DNA of 37,224 nucleotides from a virus (Duplodnaviria; Caudoviricetes): positions 1 through 37,224 of the IMG/VR virus record IMGVR_UViG_3300037308_000183. The stretch is one strand, 5' to 3'. Position 1 is the stretch's first letter. Every line of letters begins with the position of its first letter. The notes under the pieces were generated by a model. The model made no database searches and had not been told where the DNA came from. It was given only the letters and a program-made list of their open reading frames with translations. The position numbers were made by a program, and so were the translations under genes. Below, in pieces: positions 17,678 through 26,003 of the stretch.

Positions 17678-18386
17678 GGCGCAGGGCCTCCCGGTGGGTG
17701 CGCCGCTGGGCCTGCAGTTCCCGGTAGCTGGGCAGGGCGCGCCGGAACATCGTCCCGAACTGCTCGCCTTTGCGCCCCCTCGCCAGCCGGTTGACCAGTC
17801 GCCCGAACTCATCGTCGTGGTGCGGCGGCACCCAGACCGGCGACCGGCACAGGAAGATGTGCCGCACCTGTACCTGCCAGAGCGCCGGGTCGGTGTCCTC
17901 CCACTTGCTGGAGTCGATCGCGCAGACCGGGCGCCCGTCGAGCGTCAGGTCCTTCCAGCGGGGGTACACCTGCGCCATCCGCATCTGCGGGAACGTCCAC
18001 TTCAGGCGCGTCACCCAGTTGCCGCAGTGCAGGGCCCTGCCCCTCGGCCAGCAGTCGTGGTGCGCGTCCAGTTGGATGACCAGCCCCGGGAGACCGTCGT
18101 CGCGCCAGCGCCGGGTGAAGAAGGTGTAGGCGTGGGCGTGACTGTCGGCGACGCCCAGCATCCCCGGCCCGAACGTCGTTCCCCGGGCCCGCAGTTCGCG
18201 GAGCAGGTGGCGCGGGTGAAAGTCGGCGTGGCGGAACGAACACTCGCGGTGCAGGTCCTGCGACCAGTAGCGGGTGAGCCACGCGAGCCCAGCAAACATG
18301 CCCTCCTTATCCTCGCGGTGCCCCCAGTCCCACGCCACCTCCTCGCGGCTCCAGAAGTCGAAGTCGATGCTGAGGTCAGCGATCAC
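17658..18386 (-). CDS. UPF0489/arginase-deacetylase-fold-like putative metallohydrolase
   Basis: LSIDFDFW, DSH, IQLDAHHD, HCGNW and FLCRSPVWVPPH motifs. Confidence 0.7.
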   Translation of the reverse strand: MIADLSIDFDFWSREEVAWDWGHREDKEGMFAGLAWLTRYWSQDLHRECSFRHADFHPRHLLRELRARGTTFGPGMLGVADSHAHAYTFFTRRWRDDGLPGLVIQLDAHHDCWPRGRALHCGNWVTRLKWTFPQMRMAQVYPRWKDLTLDGRPVCAIDSSKWEDTDPALWQVQVRHIFLCRSPVWVPPHHDDEFGRLVNRLARGRKGEQFGTMFRRALPSYRELQAQRRTHREALRHALHRD

Positions 18387-18552
18387 GGCGATCTCCTTCC
18401 CACTGCCAGAACAGAGCGAGCGTCATGAAGTAGGTGGCCCGCACCCAGTACAGGGTTTGCTGGACCGGGTCGTCCTCGACCAGCGCCATGACCAGCGCCA
18501 GCGACGCGATGAGTATGGTCACCACGACGATCCAGCGGGAGAGTGTGGTCAT
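18376..18552 (-). CDS. Small two-TM membrane protein (58 aa, absent from the ORF track)
   Basis: Hand translation MTTLSRWIVVVTILIASLALVMALVEDDPVQQTLYWVRATYFMTLALFWQWEGDRRDR; ATGA overlap with the upstream gene. Confidence 0.7.
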   Translation of the reverse strand: MTTLSRWIVVVTILIASLALVMALVEDDPVQQTLYWVRATYFMTLALFWQWEGDRRDR

Positions 18553-18923
18553 GCGTCCCCCGCGAGGTCGGTGAAGGGCCAGCCCACCATGCCGGTCACC
18601 ATCCGCTCGTACTCGGCCTTCCGCTCGGGCGTCTGCTCGCCGCTCGGGCTGAGACCGATCTCCTCCCCGGTGGCGGCGCGCCGGGCGCGGTAGAACTGGA
18701 CGTCGCCTGCGCGCACCTCGGTGATCTCATACGACCCGTCGCCCCGGAAGCCGATCATCAGCGCCATCGTGGCGGTCTCCAGCGTGATGTGCGCCAGCGC
18801 CTCGCGGTCTTGGATGGCGAGCATGACGGGGGTCGTCGGCGTTTCGGTGAAGAACTCGGCCTGCACGATGACTCCCTTGGCGGTGAGCGTCTCCTGCTTC
18901 ACTTGCTGGGCGCTGGCGGTCAT
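18549..18923 (-). CDS. Hypothetical protein
   Basis: GAGGAGG SD and ATGA coupling; MTASAQQVKQETL... Confidence 0.75.
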   Translation of the reverse strand: MTASAQQVKQETLTAKGVIVQAEFFTETPTTPVMLAIQDREALAHITLETATMALMIGFRGDGSYEITEVRAGDVQFYRARRAATGEEIGLSPSGEQTPERKAEYERMVTGMVGWPFTDLAGDA

Positions 18924-19150
18924 GCGTCCTCCTCTTCGGGGGTGATGAGGTCGGCGGGCGTGTAGCGGCGTCCGCAGGCGCCGCAGATGGCCCCGGCGGC
19001 GATCCACTGGTCGAAGGCGCCGGGGTAGTCGTGGGTGCGCGGCTCGTCCACCGTGATGACGGTGACCGCCTGCGTCGTGCCGCAGGCCGGGCAGGTAACC
19101 TCAGCGGTGTGGGTGGTGCGCTGGCCACCCGGGTAGCGTTCGGTCGTCAT
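18920..19150 (-). CDS. Small zinc-ribbon protein
   Basis: CPAC...CGAC; ATGA coupling. Confidence 0.7.
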   Translation of the reverse strand: MTTERYPGGQRTTHTAEVTCPACGTTQAVTVITVDEPRTHDYPGAFDQWIAAGAICGACGRRYTPADLITPEEEDA

Positions 19151-19356
19151 CGTTCGAAGCCTCCGATCGACAGGCGGCGCTGGACGGGGAGCGGCACGGC
19201 GGTGCGTCCGCTCTCCCAGCGTTGCCACGTCCGGGGGTTCACGCCGTACCACTGTGCCGCCTCGACCTGCGACATACGGGCGCGCTCGCGCCACGCGCGC
19301 ACTCGCTGGGCCATCGTGGTCGGCACGGCGCGGGCCACTGGGTAGCGGTCGGTCAT
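19147..19356 (-). CDS. XRE/Cro-family HTH regulator
   Basis: VRAWRERARMSQVEAAQWYGVNPRTWQRWESGRTAVP. Confidence 0.85.
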   Translation of the reverse strand: MTDRYPVARAVPTTMAQRVRAWRERARMSQVEAAQWYGVNPRTWQRWESGRTAVPLPVQRRLSIGGFER

Positions 19357-19559
19357 CGGAGCGCCTCCTTCAGCACCCCAGCCTCCACGCCGAACCGGGT
19401 GCGCTCGGCGGGGCTCATGGCGTTGCTGTCCTCCAGCAAGTCGGCGATCTCGGCGGCGACGTCGCACACCGGGCAGGCGCCCGGCTGGTGGTGCGGGTTG
19501 TGGTCGTGGTGACGCCGCAGGATCGCGGCGAGCGAGTGGAACAGGTGGTGGCGCATCAT
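19353..19559 (-). CDS. His/Cys-rich small hypothetical protein
   Basis: HHDHNPHHQPGACPVC; coupled to its neighbours. Confidence 0.65.
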   Translation of the reverse strand: MMRHHLFHSLAAILRRHHDHNPHHQPGACPVCDVAAEIADLLEDSNAMSPAERTRFGVEAGVLKEALR

Positions 19560-20356
19560 CAGCGGGCCTCCTCCTTGCGGAGCGACTCCAGTGCGTCGTC
19601 CGCGTTCTCGGTGACGTGGGTGTCGGTGAACCAGTGATCGATCGCCTGCTCGTCGCGCTCGCGAGCGGCGAGGAAGTCGTTCAGGCCCTTCAGCAAACCG
19701 GGCTGGCCCAGCAAGTCGGACCCGGCGTACACCAGCGACGGGTCGAGGCCCAGCACCGTCGCCTGCGACTCGGCCGTCGGCAGGATCGTCTTCGACTCGT
19801 ACCCGCCCTTCATCTCGTCCTTGCCGACGAAGATGTAGCAGACCGTCCAGCCACCGACGGCCATGCGGTGCTTCAGGTCGCCGACGACCACGTCGCGCAG
19901 GTACTCGTCCCCGGCGTACCCGTCGGTGATGACGACCAGCAGGTGGGCGGTGTTGCCCGCGAGGTTGTCGGTCTCGTTGCAGAGGACCAGCGCCTGCGCC
20001 ACGGCCGTGTAGAGCGGGGTGTTGCCGCCCGTCGCACGGGGCAGGTAGTCGGCGATCCGGTGGACGGAGGCGAAGCTCCGCACCGCCACCCCGTTCGTTC
20101 CCGGCATCCCAAGGTGCGAGTCGGCGAGGTTCGCGCCGCCGTTGTCGTAGGACGTCCCGAACGTGATCTGCGCCACGTTCACGGTGTCGTCCCGGTGCGC
20201 CGTCGCGTACTCCTGCAGGCGGTGCAGGATCGCGTTCATGGCCTGTGCCGCCTGCTGGGCCTTCTGGGGCGAGGCCGGGTCGCTCCGATCCGCCGGGCTC
20301 CGCATGCTGACCGAATGGTCCATCAGCAGGGTCACGTTGGTCGCCTTGTGTGCCAC
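19559..20356 (-). CDS. von Willebrand factor A domain protein
   Basis: MIDAS DHSVS, GNTPLYTAV and VVITDG motifs. Confidence 0.88.
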   Translation of the reverse strand: MAHKATNVTLLMDHSVSMRSPADRSDPASPQKAQQAAQAMNAILHRLQEYATAHRDDTVNVAQITFGTSYDNGGANLADSHLGMPGTNGVAVRSFASVHRIADYLPRATGGNTPLYTAVAQALVLCNETDNLAGNTAHLLVVITDGYAGDEYLRDVVVGDLKHRMAVGGWTVCYIFVGKDEMKGGYESKTILPTAESQATVLGLDPSLVYAGSDLLGQPGLLKGLNDFLAARERDEQAIDHWFTDTHVTENADDALESLRKEEAR

Positions 20357-20358
20357 GG

Positions 20359-21327
20359 TCAGGCCTCCAGTGCGTAGAGGTTCGCGGTGCCGACGTCCGC
20401 CAGCACGTTCCGCAGGAACGTCACGGTCTGGCGCGCCGTGCGGAGCCGGGGGATCACGATGTGCGCGTCCACCATGCCCGCTTGCTGGAGCGCGGGCAGG
20501 ACCAGCGCCGCTTCCGCCGCCGATCCCATCCCCGGGGTGCAGTCCCACGGGACCAGTTGGGTGCAGGCGAACCCCAGCGAGCGCCAGACGCCGATGTGCG
20601 CGGCCGTGGCGATCACCGTCTCCGGCACCAGCGCCTCCCCGGCCTCCTTCACCCGCAGGTGGATCGCCAGCAGGTCGTGCGTCCAGCCCCACGCAGAGGG
20701 GCGCTGGCGGCCCCACGAGTAGGTGTCGTTCTCCCATGCCGTCGCCACCATGCGGCGGTTCCAGCCCACGGCGCCGACGAGCGACAGGTCGGTGGCGTAC
20801 CCGGCGGGCTCCAGCAAGCTGGAGAGCAGGGTCATGGCGGCGCCGGTCCAGTAGAGGTCCTGCTGGGTGGCGTTGCCGTTCACGCCCCACTCGCCGACGA
20901 TGCAGAGCCGGGTGACGCCCGTCCGCACGGCGCGCCGGGTGGTGCGGAACATCTCGGTCGAGCCGCCGAACACGCGATCGACGCTGACCTCGTCGCCGTC
21001 GTCGCCCCACGCCCGCACCCGGCGGCGCGACTGCGGTGGCGGGACGAGGTCCTCCAGCCCCTCGGTGAGGCGCGTCAGGGCCTCCAGCCCCTCAGTCCAG
21101 CCGCGCATCACGACGTCCACGCCCGCCTGCAGGGACCGGACGCCACCCCGCCACTGCCGGTTCTCGGCGTCGCTCTCGCGGGCCATATCGCGCTCCAGCG
21201 CCATCCGGTTCACCCGGTTGACCTCGGGGACCGGCGCCTTCGGCAGGTCCAGTAGGTCGCCGATGGTCAGCGGCTGGACGATCACCCGGTCGCCGTCGCC
21301 GTCGAGGGGCACCAGCGGCGGAATCAC
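20359..21327 (-). CDS. Degenerate vWA-like partner of the AAA ATPase (DUF7192-like)
   Basis: DDGDEVSVDRVFGG motif followed by an alpha/beta region lacking an intact MIDAS; GTGA-coupled to the ATPase. Confidence 0.65.
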   Translation of the reverse strand: MIPPLVPLDGDGDRVIVQPLTIGDLLDLPKAPVPEVNRVNRMALERDMARESDAENRQWRGGVRSLQAGVDVVMRGWTEGLEALTRLTEGLEDLVPPPQSRRRVRAWGDDGDEVSVDRVFGGSTEMFRTTRRAVRTGVTRLCIVGEWGVNGNATQQDLYWTGAAMTLLSSLLEPAGYATDLSLVGAVGWNRRMVATAWENDTYSWGRQRPSAWGWTHDLLAIHLRVKEAGEALVPETVIATAAHIGVWRSLGFACTQLVPWDCTPGMGSAAEAALVLPALQQAGMVDAHIVIPRLRTARQTVTFLRNVLADVGTANLYALEA

Positions 21328-23372
21328 GCCGCCTCCTGCAGGGCCGGGACCTTGGCCTTCTCGGAGACGGTCCAGCCCGCCGTCAGCTTGCGCTCCACCT
21401 TCGGCTGGTCCCAGAGCCCGGCGGTCATGTAGCGCCACGACTTCAGGACGAACCGGGTGCTGACGTTCTGCGGGATGCGGTGTTCGTTCACGACGTCCCG
21501 GATCGCCCAGAGGCGGGCGAGGAACTGCTCGGCGCCCGGGCCCTGCACCAGCTTGCGCTCCAGCGCCCGGTCGTAGTCCATCTCGACCGTGCCGGTGCGG
21601 AAGCGGTCCATGGTGGCGCCGTCGATCGCGTTGCGGCCAACGTACAGCCGGTTCGCCCCGGTGCCCCAAGTGTTGAACGTCCCGATGAAGACGAAGTCCG
21701 GGTGCTGGCGCGCCTCGGGAGCCATGTGCCGGTTCGGGAGCCCGATGACCCCGTTCGCGAGGGCGCTGTTCAGGACCAGCAGGACGTTGGGGTCGGCGCC
21801 GTCCATCTCGTCGCCGATGAAGATGCCGCCGTTCTCGAAGAACTCGACGAACTTGGTGGGCAGGTAGCCCCACTTCCCGTCCACCGTGACCGGCAGGTAG
21901 CGCCCGGTGAGCGCCGTCTCGGAGATGCCCCCGGAGAGCGGCTGGACGAAGTAGGGCAGGCCCAGCACCTTGCCCAGTTGCATGGCGAGGTGCGTCTTGC
22001 CGCACCCGGTGGGCCCGATGAGGGCGACCGGGTCGCGCATCTGCACCGACTCCAGCACCTCGGCGAGGCAGACGTGGGCGTCGGTCACCGTCTGGATGAC
22101 GGCGCCCTCGCGGGTGATGACCAACTCCACCGTCCGCTGGATCGGCTTCAGGGCCTCGGCGACCGCCTCGTCCACCCAGCGGCGCACCCGGGTCTCGTCG
22201 GAGCCCTTGCGCGCCACGGCCACCCGGACGGCCCGGTCGAGCGACTCGGAGTCGATCGCCTGCGGCGCCTTGGCCATGGCGTTGCTGACGCCCTCGGCGA
22301 CCATGAGGGCGACGTCGGTGCGGGTGGGGCGCGCCTCCAGCCCCACCTTGGTGACCGACGTCAGGGCCTCGACCGTCTGCAGGGCCTCGGTCAGGGCGGG
22401 CTTCACCGTCGAGGCCGCGATCCCGCCGATCAGCACGGCGGCGGCGGGCCCCTCGGCGGGCGGCGCCGTCTTGCGGAGCAGGATGACGTCGCACTCGGCC
22501 TCGGTCTGCTGGGGCGCCTGTACGCCCTGCTGGGCCTCCTTCTGGGCCTTCAGCGACTGGGCGATCTGCTCCAGCGACTGCTTTTCCTGCTGGCCCTGCC
22601 CGGCGCCACCCTTGCCCTGCTTGCCACCCTTACCGCCCTTGCTGGACTTGCCGCCCTTGCTGGAGCCCCGCTCGTCCTGCTCGGGGTCCTGCCGATCCTC
22701 GCCGTCCTCGTCGGCGTCGTCCTCGTCGGCGTCGCCCTCGTCGGCGTCGTCCTCGTCGGCGTCGCCCTCGTCGCCCTCGTCGGCACCATCACCGTCGCCG
22801 GGGACGTCGTCGTTCAGCGGGGTCAGGTCGTCGTCGCCCTCGTCGGCGTCCCCGTCGCCCTCGCCCTCGGCGCCCTGCTCACCGGCCCCGGACCCACCGG
22901 CCCCAGACCCACCCGCCCCACGGTCCTCGCCCTCGCCCACGCCGCCCTTGCCGCCCGCCTTGGGGGCCGCGACGTGCTGGACCTGCCGGTCGTCGCCGCC
23001 CTTGCTGAAGGGGACGCCCCGGGGGCGGTTGCACCGCTCGTCCACGATGTTGGCATCGGGGAACTGCTGGGCCACTTCGGCGCGGGCCTTCTCCATGGCC
23101 TCGGCCTTGTCCTCGGCCTCGACCCGCACCTTCACGGTGCGGAGCCGGGAGCCGACCTTCACCTGCGCCGTGTAGGCGAAGGTGGCGACGTCGCCGTCGC
23201 GGACGGGGCGGGTGCGGGTCACGGGTTCGTCCTCCGGGGTGGTGGTCTCCGGGGTGCCCGCCACGCTGGCGAGCCAGTCCCGGTGCGCCTGCAGGGCGCG
23301 GTCGTAGGCCTCGCGGCCCATCTTCTCGGGGCCCGCCTTGGGCGGCGGGGCGTAGGGAACCCGGGGAGCCAT
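21324..23372 (-). CDS. MoxR/CbbQ/CobS-like AAA+ ATPase with long acidic/Gly-rich N-terminal region
   Basis: Walker A GPTGCGKT, Walker B FIGDEMD, and NTWGTGA..YVGRNAIDGATMDRF. Confidence 0.9.
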   Translation of the reverse strand: MAPRVPYAPPPKAGPEKMGREAYDRALQAHRDWLASVAGTPETTTPEDEPVTRTRPVRDGDVATFAYTAQVKVGSRLRTVKVRVEAEDKAEAMEKARAEVAQQFPDANIVDERCNRPRGVPFSKGGDDRQVQHVAAPKAGGKGGVGEGEDRGAGGSGAGGSGAGEQGAEGEGDGDADEGDDDLTPLNDDVPGDGDGADEGDEGDADEDDADEGDADEDDADEDGEDRQDPEQDERGSSKGGKSSKGGKGGKQGKGGAGQGQQEKQSLEQIAQSLKAQKEAQQGVQAPQQTEAECDVILLRKTAPPAEGPAAAVLIGGIAASTVKPALTEALQTVEALTSVTKVGLEARPTRTDVALMVAEGVSNAMAKAPQAIDSESLDRAVRVAVARKGSDETRVRRWVDEAVAEALKPIQRTVELVITREGAVIQTVTDAHVCLAEVLESVQMRDPVALIGPTGCGKTHLAMQLGKVLGLPYFVQPLSGGISETALTGRYLPVTVDGKWGYLPTKFVEFFENGGIFIGDEMDGADPNVLLVLNSALANGVIGLPNRHMAPEARQHPDFVFIGTFNTWGTGANRLYVGRNAIDGATMDRFRTGTVEMDYDRALERKLVQGPGAEQFLARLWAIRDVVNEHRIPQNVSTRFVLKSWRYMTAGLWDQPKVERKLTAGWTVSEKAKVPALQEAA
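22705..22764 (-). repeat. Four tandem 15-bp repeats encoding the acidic tract DADE(D/G)
   Basis: (T/C)CCTCGTCGGCGTCG x4 on the + strand, plus partial copies. Confidence 0.9.
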
Positions 23373-23653
23373 CAGCGGCTCACCGGGCTGTTGAGAGCGT
23401 CGCTGAGGCGCTCGGCCTCGCGGACGGCGGCGTCCACCGTGGTCATCGGGACCTTGGCCTTCTCCACGGCGCTGGCCAGCAGGTTGAGCATGACCATGAT
23501 CCGCTGGCTGGAGCGGTAGAGGGCGGCGCGCTCGCTGGACGTCAGGGCCTCGCCCTTGGTGATGGTCCGCTCGGTGATGGCGGTCATCTGGGCGTAGGCG
23601 TCGATCGCGCTCCGCAGGATGAAGACGTCGAGCATCGTGGTGGGGCGGGGCAT
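23372..23653 (-). CDS. Hypothetical helical protein, first gene of the minus operon
   Basis: GGAGG SD; MPRPTTMLDVFILRSAIDAY... Confidence 0.75.
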   Translation of the reverse strand: MPRPTTMLDVFILRSAIDAYAQMTAITERTITKGEALTSSERAALYRSSQRIMVMLNLLASAVEKAKVPMTTVDAAVREAERLSDALNSPVSR

Positions 23654-23695
23654 CGGGTGTTCCCTCCGGGTCGGTGGTGGTTGGTGTGGACCAAC

Positions 23696-23724
23696 AATAT
23701 AACCACGGCAGAATGTCGCGTCAA
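23696..23724 (-). promoter_or_regulatory. Strong sigma70-like promoter of the minus-strand (probably early) operon
   Basis: TTGACG-N17-TATATT on the minus strand in an AT-rich intergenic gap. Confidence 0.75.
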
Positions 23725-23794
23725 GGTTTGCTGTAACCCCCTTAGCTGACAACGACTTACAGACTCGACACTTTCGCGACACCATAACGACAGT

Positions 23795-23800
23795 TATACT
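23795..23800 (+). promoter_or_regulatory. -10 box for the packaging operon, possibly giving a leaderless transcript
   Basis: TATACT 6 nt upstream of ATG 23807; no SD; weak -35. Confidence 0.5.
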
Positions 23801-23806
23801 TGCGGC

Positions 23807-24532
23807 ATGGGACTCTGTCCGCATGGAGCGAACGCCGAGCTATGCCCGGCGTGTCTGGGGCTCACGTCCGAGGGATCGGCGACCCGTCGAGCAAGTGGGA
23901 ACGGGGACGTCGCCGCGCCCGGTGGTCACCCACGCAGTCCGGGGTCCCCGGGCGTGAGCCTCATGCCGCTGGTGGAGGACACCGGGGCCGCCCCTCTCAG
24001 CAACGGGGGGTGGGAGCGGTTCGCGCAGGGGCTGGCGGATGGCCTGAAGGTGGTGGATGCGTATGTGCGGGCCGGGTACGGTGGGGCCAGTCGCAACGCC
24101 GCCCGGGCCAACGCCAGCGCACTGGCCAAGGACCCCCGCATCACGGCCCGGGTCGAGTACCTACGGGCCGAGATCGCGGCCACCCATCTTCAGCGCCGGG
24201 CCCGGGTGGTCGAGGAGTTGGAGCGGGTGGCCTACGCCGATCCCCGGCAGGTGCTGGACTGGGGCCCGCAGGGGGTGACGCTGAAGGCCAGCGAGGGGCT
24301 CACGGACGAGGCGGCGTCGGCGGTGCAGAGCGTGAAGGAGACCAAGGACGGGGTGCAGATCACCCTGCATCCGAAGGTCCCGGCGCTGGCCAAGCTGGCC
24401 GAGATTTACCGGCTGGCCGAGGGCCCCTCCCAGCAAACGAACGTGATCGTGGTCGCCCCGGAGAAGAGCCCGTCGGTGGCCGAGTGGCTGGAGACGTATG
24501 GGCCCGGGGCGCCCGGGCGGGAGGCCGAGTGA
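23807..24532 (+). CDS. terS: Terminase small subunit
   Basis: ERFAQGL..AYVRAGY..ASALAKDPRITARVEYL, VVEELERVAYADP and KVPALAKLA motifs; start codon uncertain. Confidence 0.85.
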   Translation: MGLCPHGANAELCPACLGLTSEGSATRRASGNGDVAAPGGHPRSPGSPGVSLMPLVEDTGAAPLSNGGWERFAQGLADGLKVVDAYVRAGYGGASRNAARANASALAKDPRITARVEYLRAEIAATHLQRRARVVEELERVAYADPRQVLDWGPQGVTLKASEGLTDEAASAVQSVKETKDGVQITLHPKVPALAKLAEIYRLAEGPSQQTNVIVVAPEKSPSVAEWLETYGPGAPGREAE

Positions 24533-24795
24533 CTGACCCCAGTCTCAACCTCGACCAGTGGATCAAGGCCCAGCGGGCGAAGGTGTCGATGACCAGCCGG
24601 GCCGCGTTCGCGCAGGGGTGGTTGCTGGGCGCGTTCACGGCCGGGTTCGTCGTGCTGGTGGCGGTGAGCCTCACGGGCTGGCAGGCGGCGCTGGGGGTGG
24701 TGCTGGCGGCGGGCGTGGGGGCCATCACCTACACCCGAGGCTGGGGCGCCACCCCCGTGAAGCTTCCCCCGTGGCTGTCGCGGCGGCTCTGGTGA
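24529..24795 (+). CDS. Small membrane protein
   Basis: GTGA overlap; two hydrophobic helices. Confidence 0.7.
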   Translation: MTDPSLNLDQWIKAQRAKVSMTSRAAFAQGWLLGAFTAGFVVLVAVSLTGWQAALGVVLAAGVGAITYTRGWGATPVKLPPWLSRRLW

Positions 24796-25238
24796 GGGAC
24801 CAGACGGCCGAGGATCGGGAGCGGGAGCGGGCGGTCTTCGCGGCCGTCGGCGCCTGCTGGGGCCTGACCGCCTGCCAGTACGCCGGGGAGGCCAACCCGA
24901 TCGACGGGTATCTCGCCGATGGGGACCGGGTGGTGGCGCTGGTGGAGGTGAAGTGCCGCGACGTGCTGGAGGACACCTACCCCACGGTCTACCTGTCGGT
25001 GCGGAAGTGGCTGGCGCTGTTGCTGGGGTCGATGCAGGGGGGCGTCCTGCCGCTGTTCGTCGTCCGGTTCGACGACGGGGCCATTCGCTGGTTGGACGTG
25101 CGGACCCTGCCCCCGGGGATGCCGATGCTGGTGCGGGGACGGCGCGACCGGGGCTACGAGAACGATCGGGAGCCGGTGCTGGAGGTGCCCATCCCCCCCA
25201 TGGCGCCGCTGGACCGCCACCCTGACACAATGTCGTGA
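24792..25238 (+). CDS. PD-(D/E)XK-family nuclease-like protein
   Basis: PIDGYL...VEVKCR...YPTVYLSVRKW. Confidence 0.7.
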   Translation: MRDQTAEDRERERAVFAAVGACWGLTACQYAGEANPIDGYLADGDRVVALVEVKCRDVLEDTYPTVYLSVRKWLALLLGSMQGGVLPLFVVRFDDGAIRWLDVRTLPPGMPMLVRGRRDRGYENDREPVLEVPIPPMAPLDRHPDTMS

Positions 25239-25240
25239 AA

Positions 25241-25291
25241 TTGCTAGCAGGTTGCTAGACGAGTGCTAGCAGACGTCTAGACGAGTGCTAG
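25241..25291. repeat. Array 1 of 11-bp-periodic CTAG-core repeats (iteron-like)
   Basis: CTAG at 25244, 25255, 25266, 25277 and 25288. Confidence 0.9.
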
Positions 25292-25331
25292 AGCAGGACC
25301 CGAAAAGACACCGACTGCTTGCTGGAGATCG

Positions 25332-25472
25332 ATGCCTACTCTCTGCCCCCACTGCGGCAAACACGTCATCTGCCTCGTTTGTGCTTCACGATCGGCGGAC
25401 GCGATCGCTCTGCTCATCATGTACATGATCGGCTTCGCGATAGGCCTCATCATCGGGGCACTCTTGTGGTGA
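25332..25472 (+). CDS. Small CxxC-CxxC protein with C-terminal TM helix (46 aa, absent from the ORF track)
   Basis: GGAG SD; MPTLCPHCGKHVICLVCASRSADAIALLIMYMIGFAIGLIIGALLW. Confidence 0.6.
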   Translation: MPTLCPHCGKHVICLVCASRSADAIALLIMYMIGFAIGLIIGALLW

Positions 25473-25497
25473 GAGAGGACACGACACTGCGCCGTCA

Positions 25498-25588
25498 CTC
25501 TAGCAACATGCTAGCAACATGCTAGACACTTGCTAGCAATGTGCTAGCCTAGAAGAGAAGAGAAGAGACTCTAGCAGGGTGCTAGCAG
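25498..25588. repeat. Array 2 of 11-bp-periodic CTAG-core repeats with a purine tract
   Basis: CTAG at 25500, 25511, 25522, 25533, 25544, 25549, 25571 and 25582; AGAAGAGAAGAGAAGAGA at 25551-25568. Confidence 0.9.
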
Positions 25589-25614
25589 TCACCGAACATA
25601 GTGAGGTCGCTATC

Positions 25615-25842
25615 ATGGACGAAGGGCGGTGCCGATCCTGTGGGAAGCGCATCCTCTGGGCGCAGAGCGCCCTGACGGGAGCGCGGGTGCCGCTCGACCC
25701 CGAGCCGGTGACCAGTGGGGGAGGGTTCGTGCAGAACGAGCATGGGATGCTGGTCTGGACCACCAGCGGAGAGCGGCGCGCCTCGCACTTCGCGACGTGC
25801 CCCCAAGCGGCCGAGTGGCGCGGGAAGGGCGGGAAGGTATGA
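25615..25842 (+). CDS. Zinc-finger-like protein
   Basis: CRSCGKRILWA...PLDPEP...SHFATC. Confidence 0.75.
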   Translation: MDEGRCRSCGKRILWAQSALTGARVPLDPEPVTSGGGFVQNEHGMLVWTTSGERRASHFATCPQAAEWRGKGGKV

Positions 25843-26003
25843 CCGAGCGGATCGCCATCTGGATCGCCTACCATTTGCCACGGCGTGTGGTGTACTGGGC
25901 CACCATCCGACTGGGCGCCCACGCGACGACCGGGCCGTACAGCAAGACCGTGGTGCCCGCCCTGACGGTGGTGGATGCCCTGCAACGCTGGGACCGTGCG
26001 TGA
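25839..26003 (+). CDS. Small hypothetical protein
   Basis: ATGA/GTGA coupling on both sides. Confidence 0.65.
   Translation: MTERIAIWIAYHLPRRVVYWATIRLGAHATTGPYSKTVVPALTVVDALQRWDRA

Noticed and set aside
25241-25588. CTAG arrays as a CRISPR or mini-CRISPR array
   Set aside because: The period is only 11 bp, there are no 25-45 bp repeats with unique spacers, and no cas genes
25241-25588. TAG readthrough or genetic-code reassignment
   Set aside because: Well-supported genes such as the capsid gene end at TAG normally, and TAGs in the arrays fall in all frames
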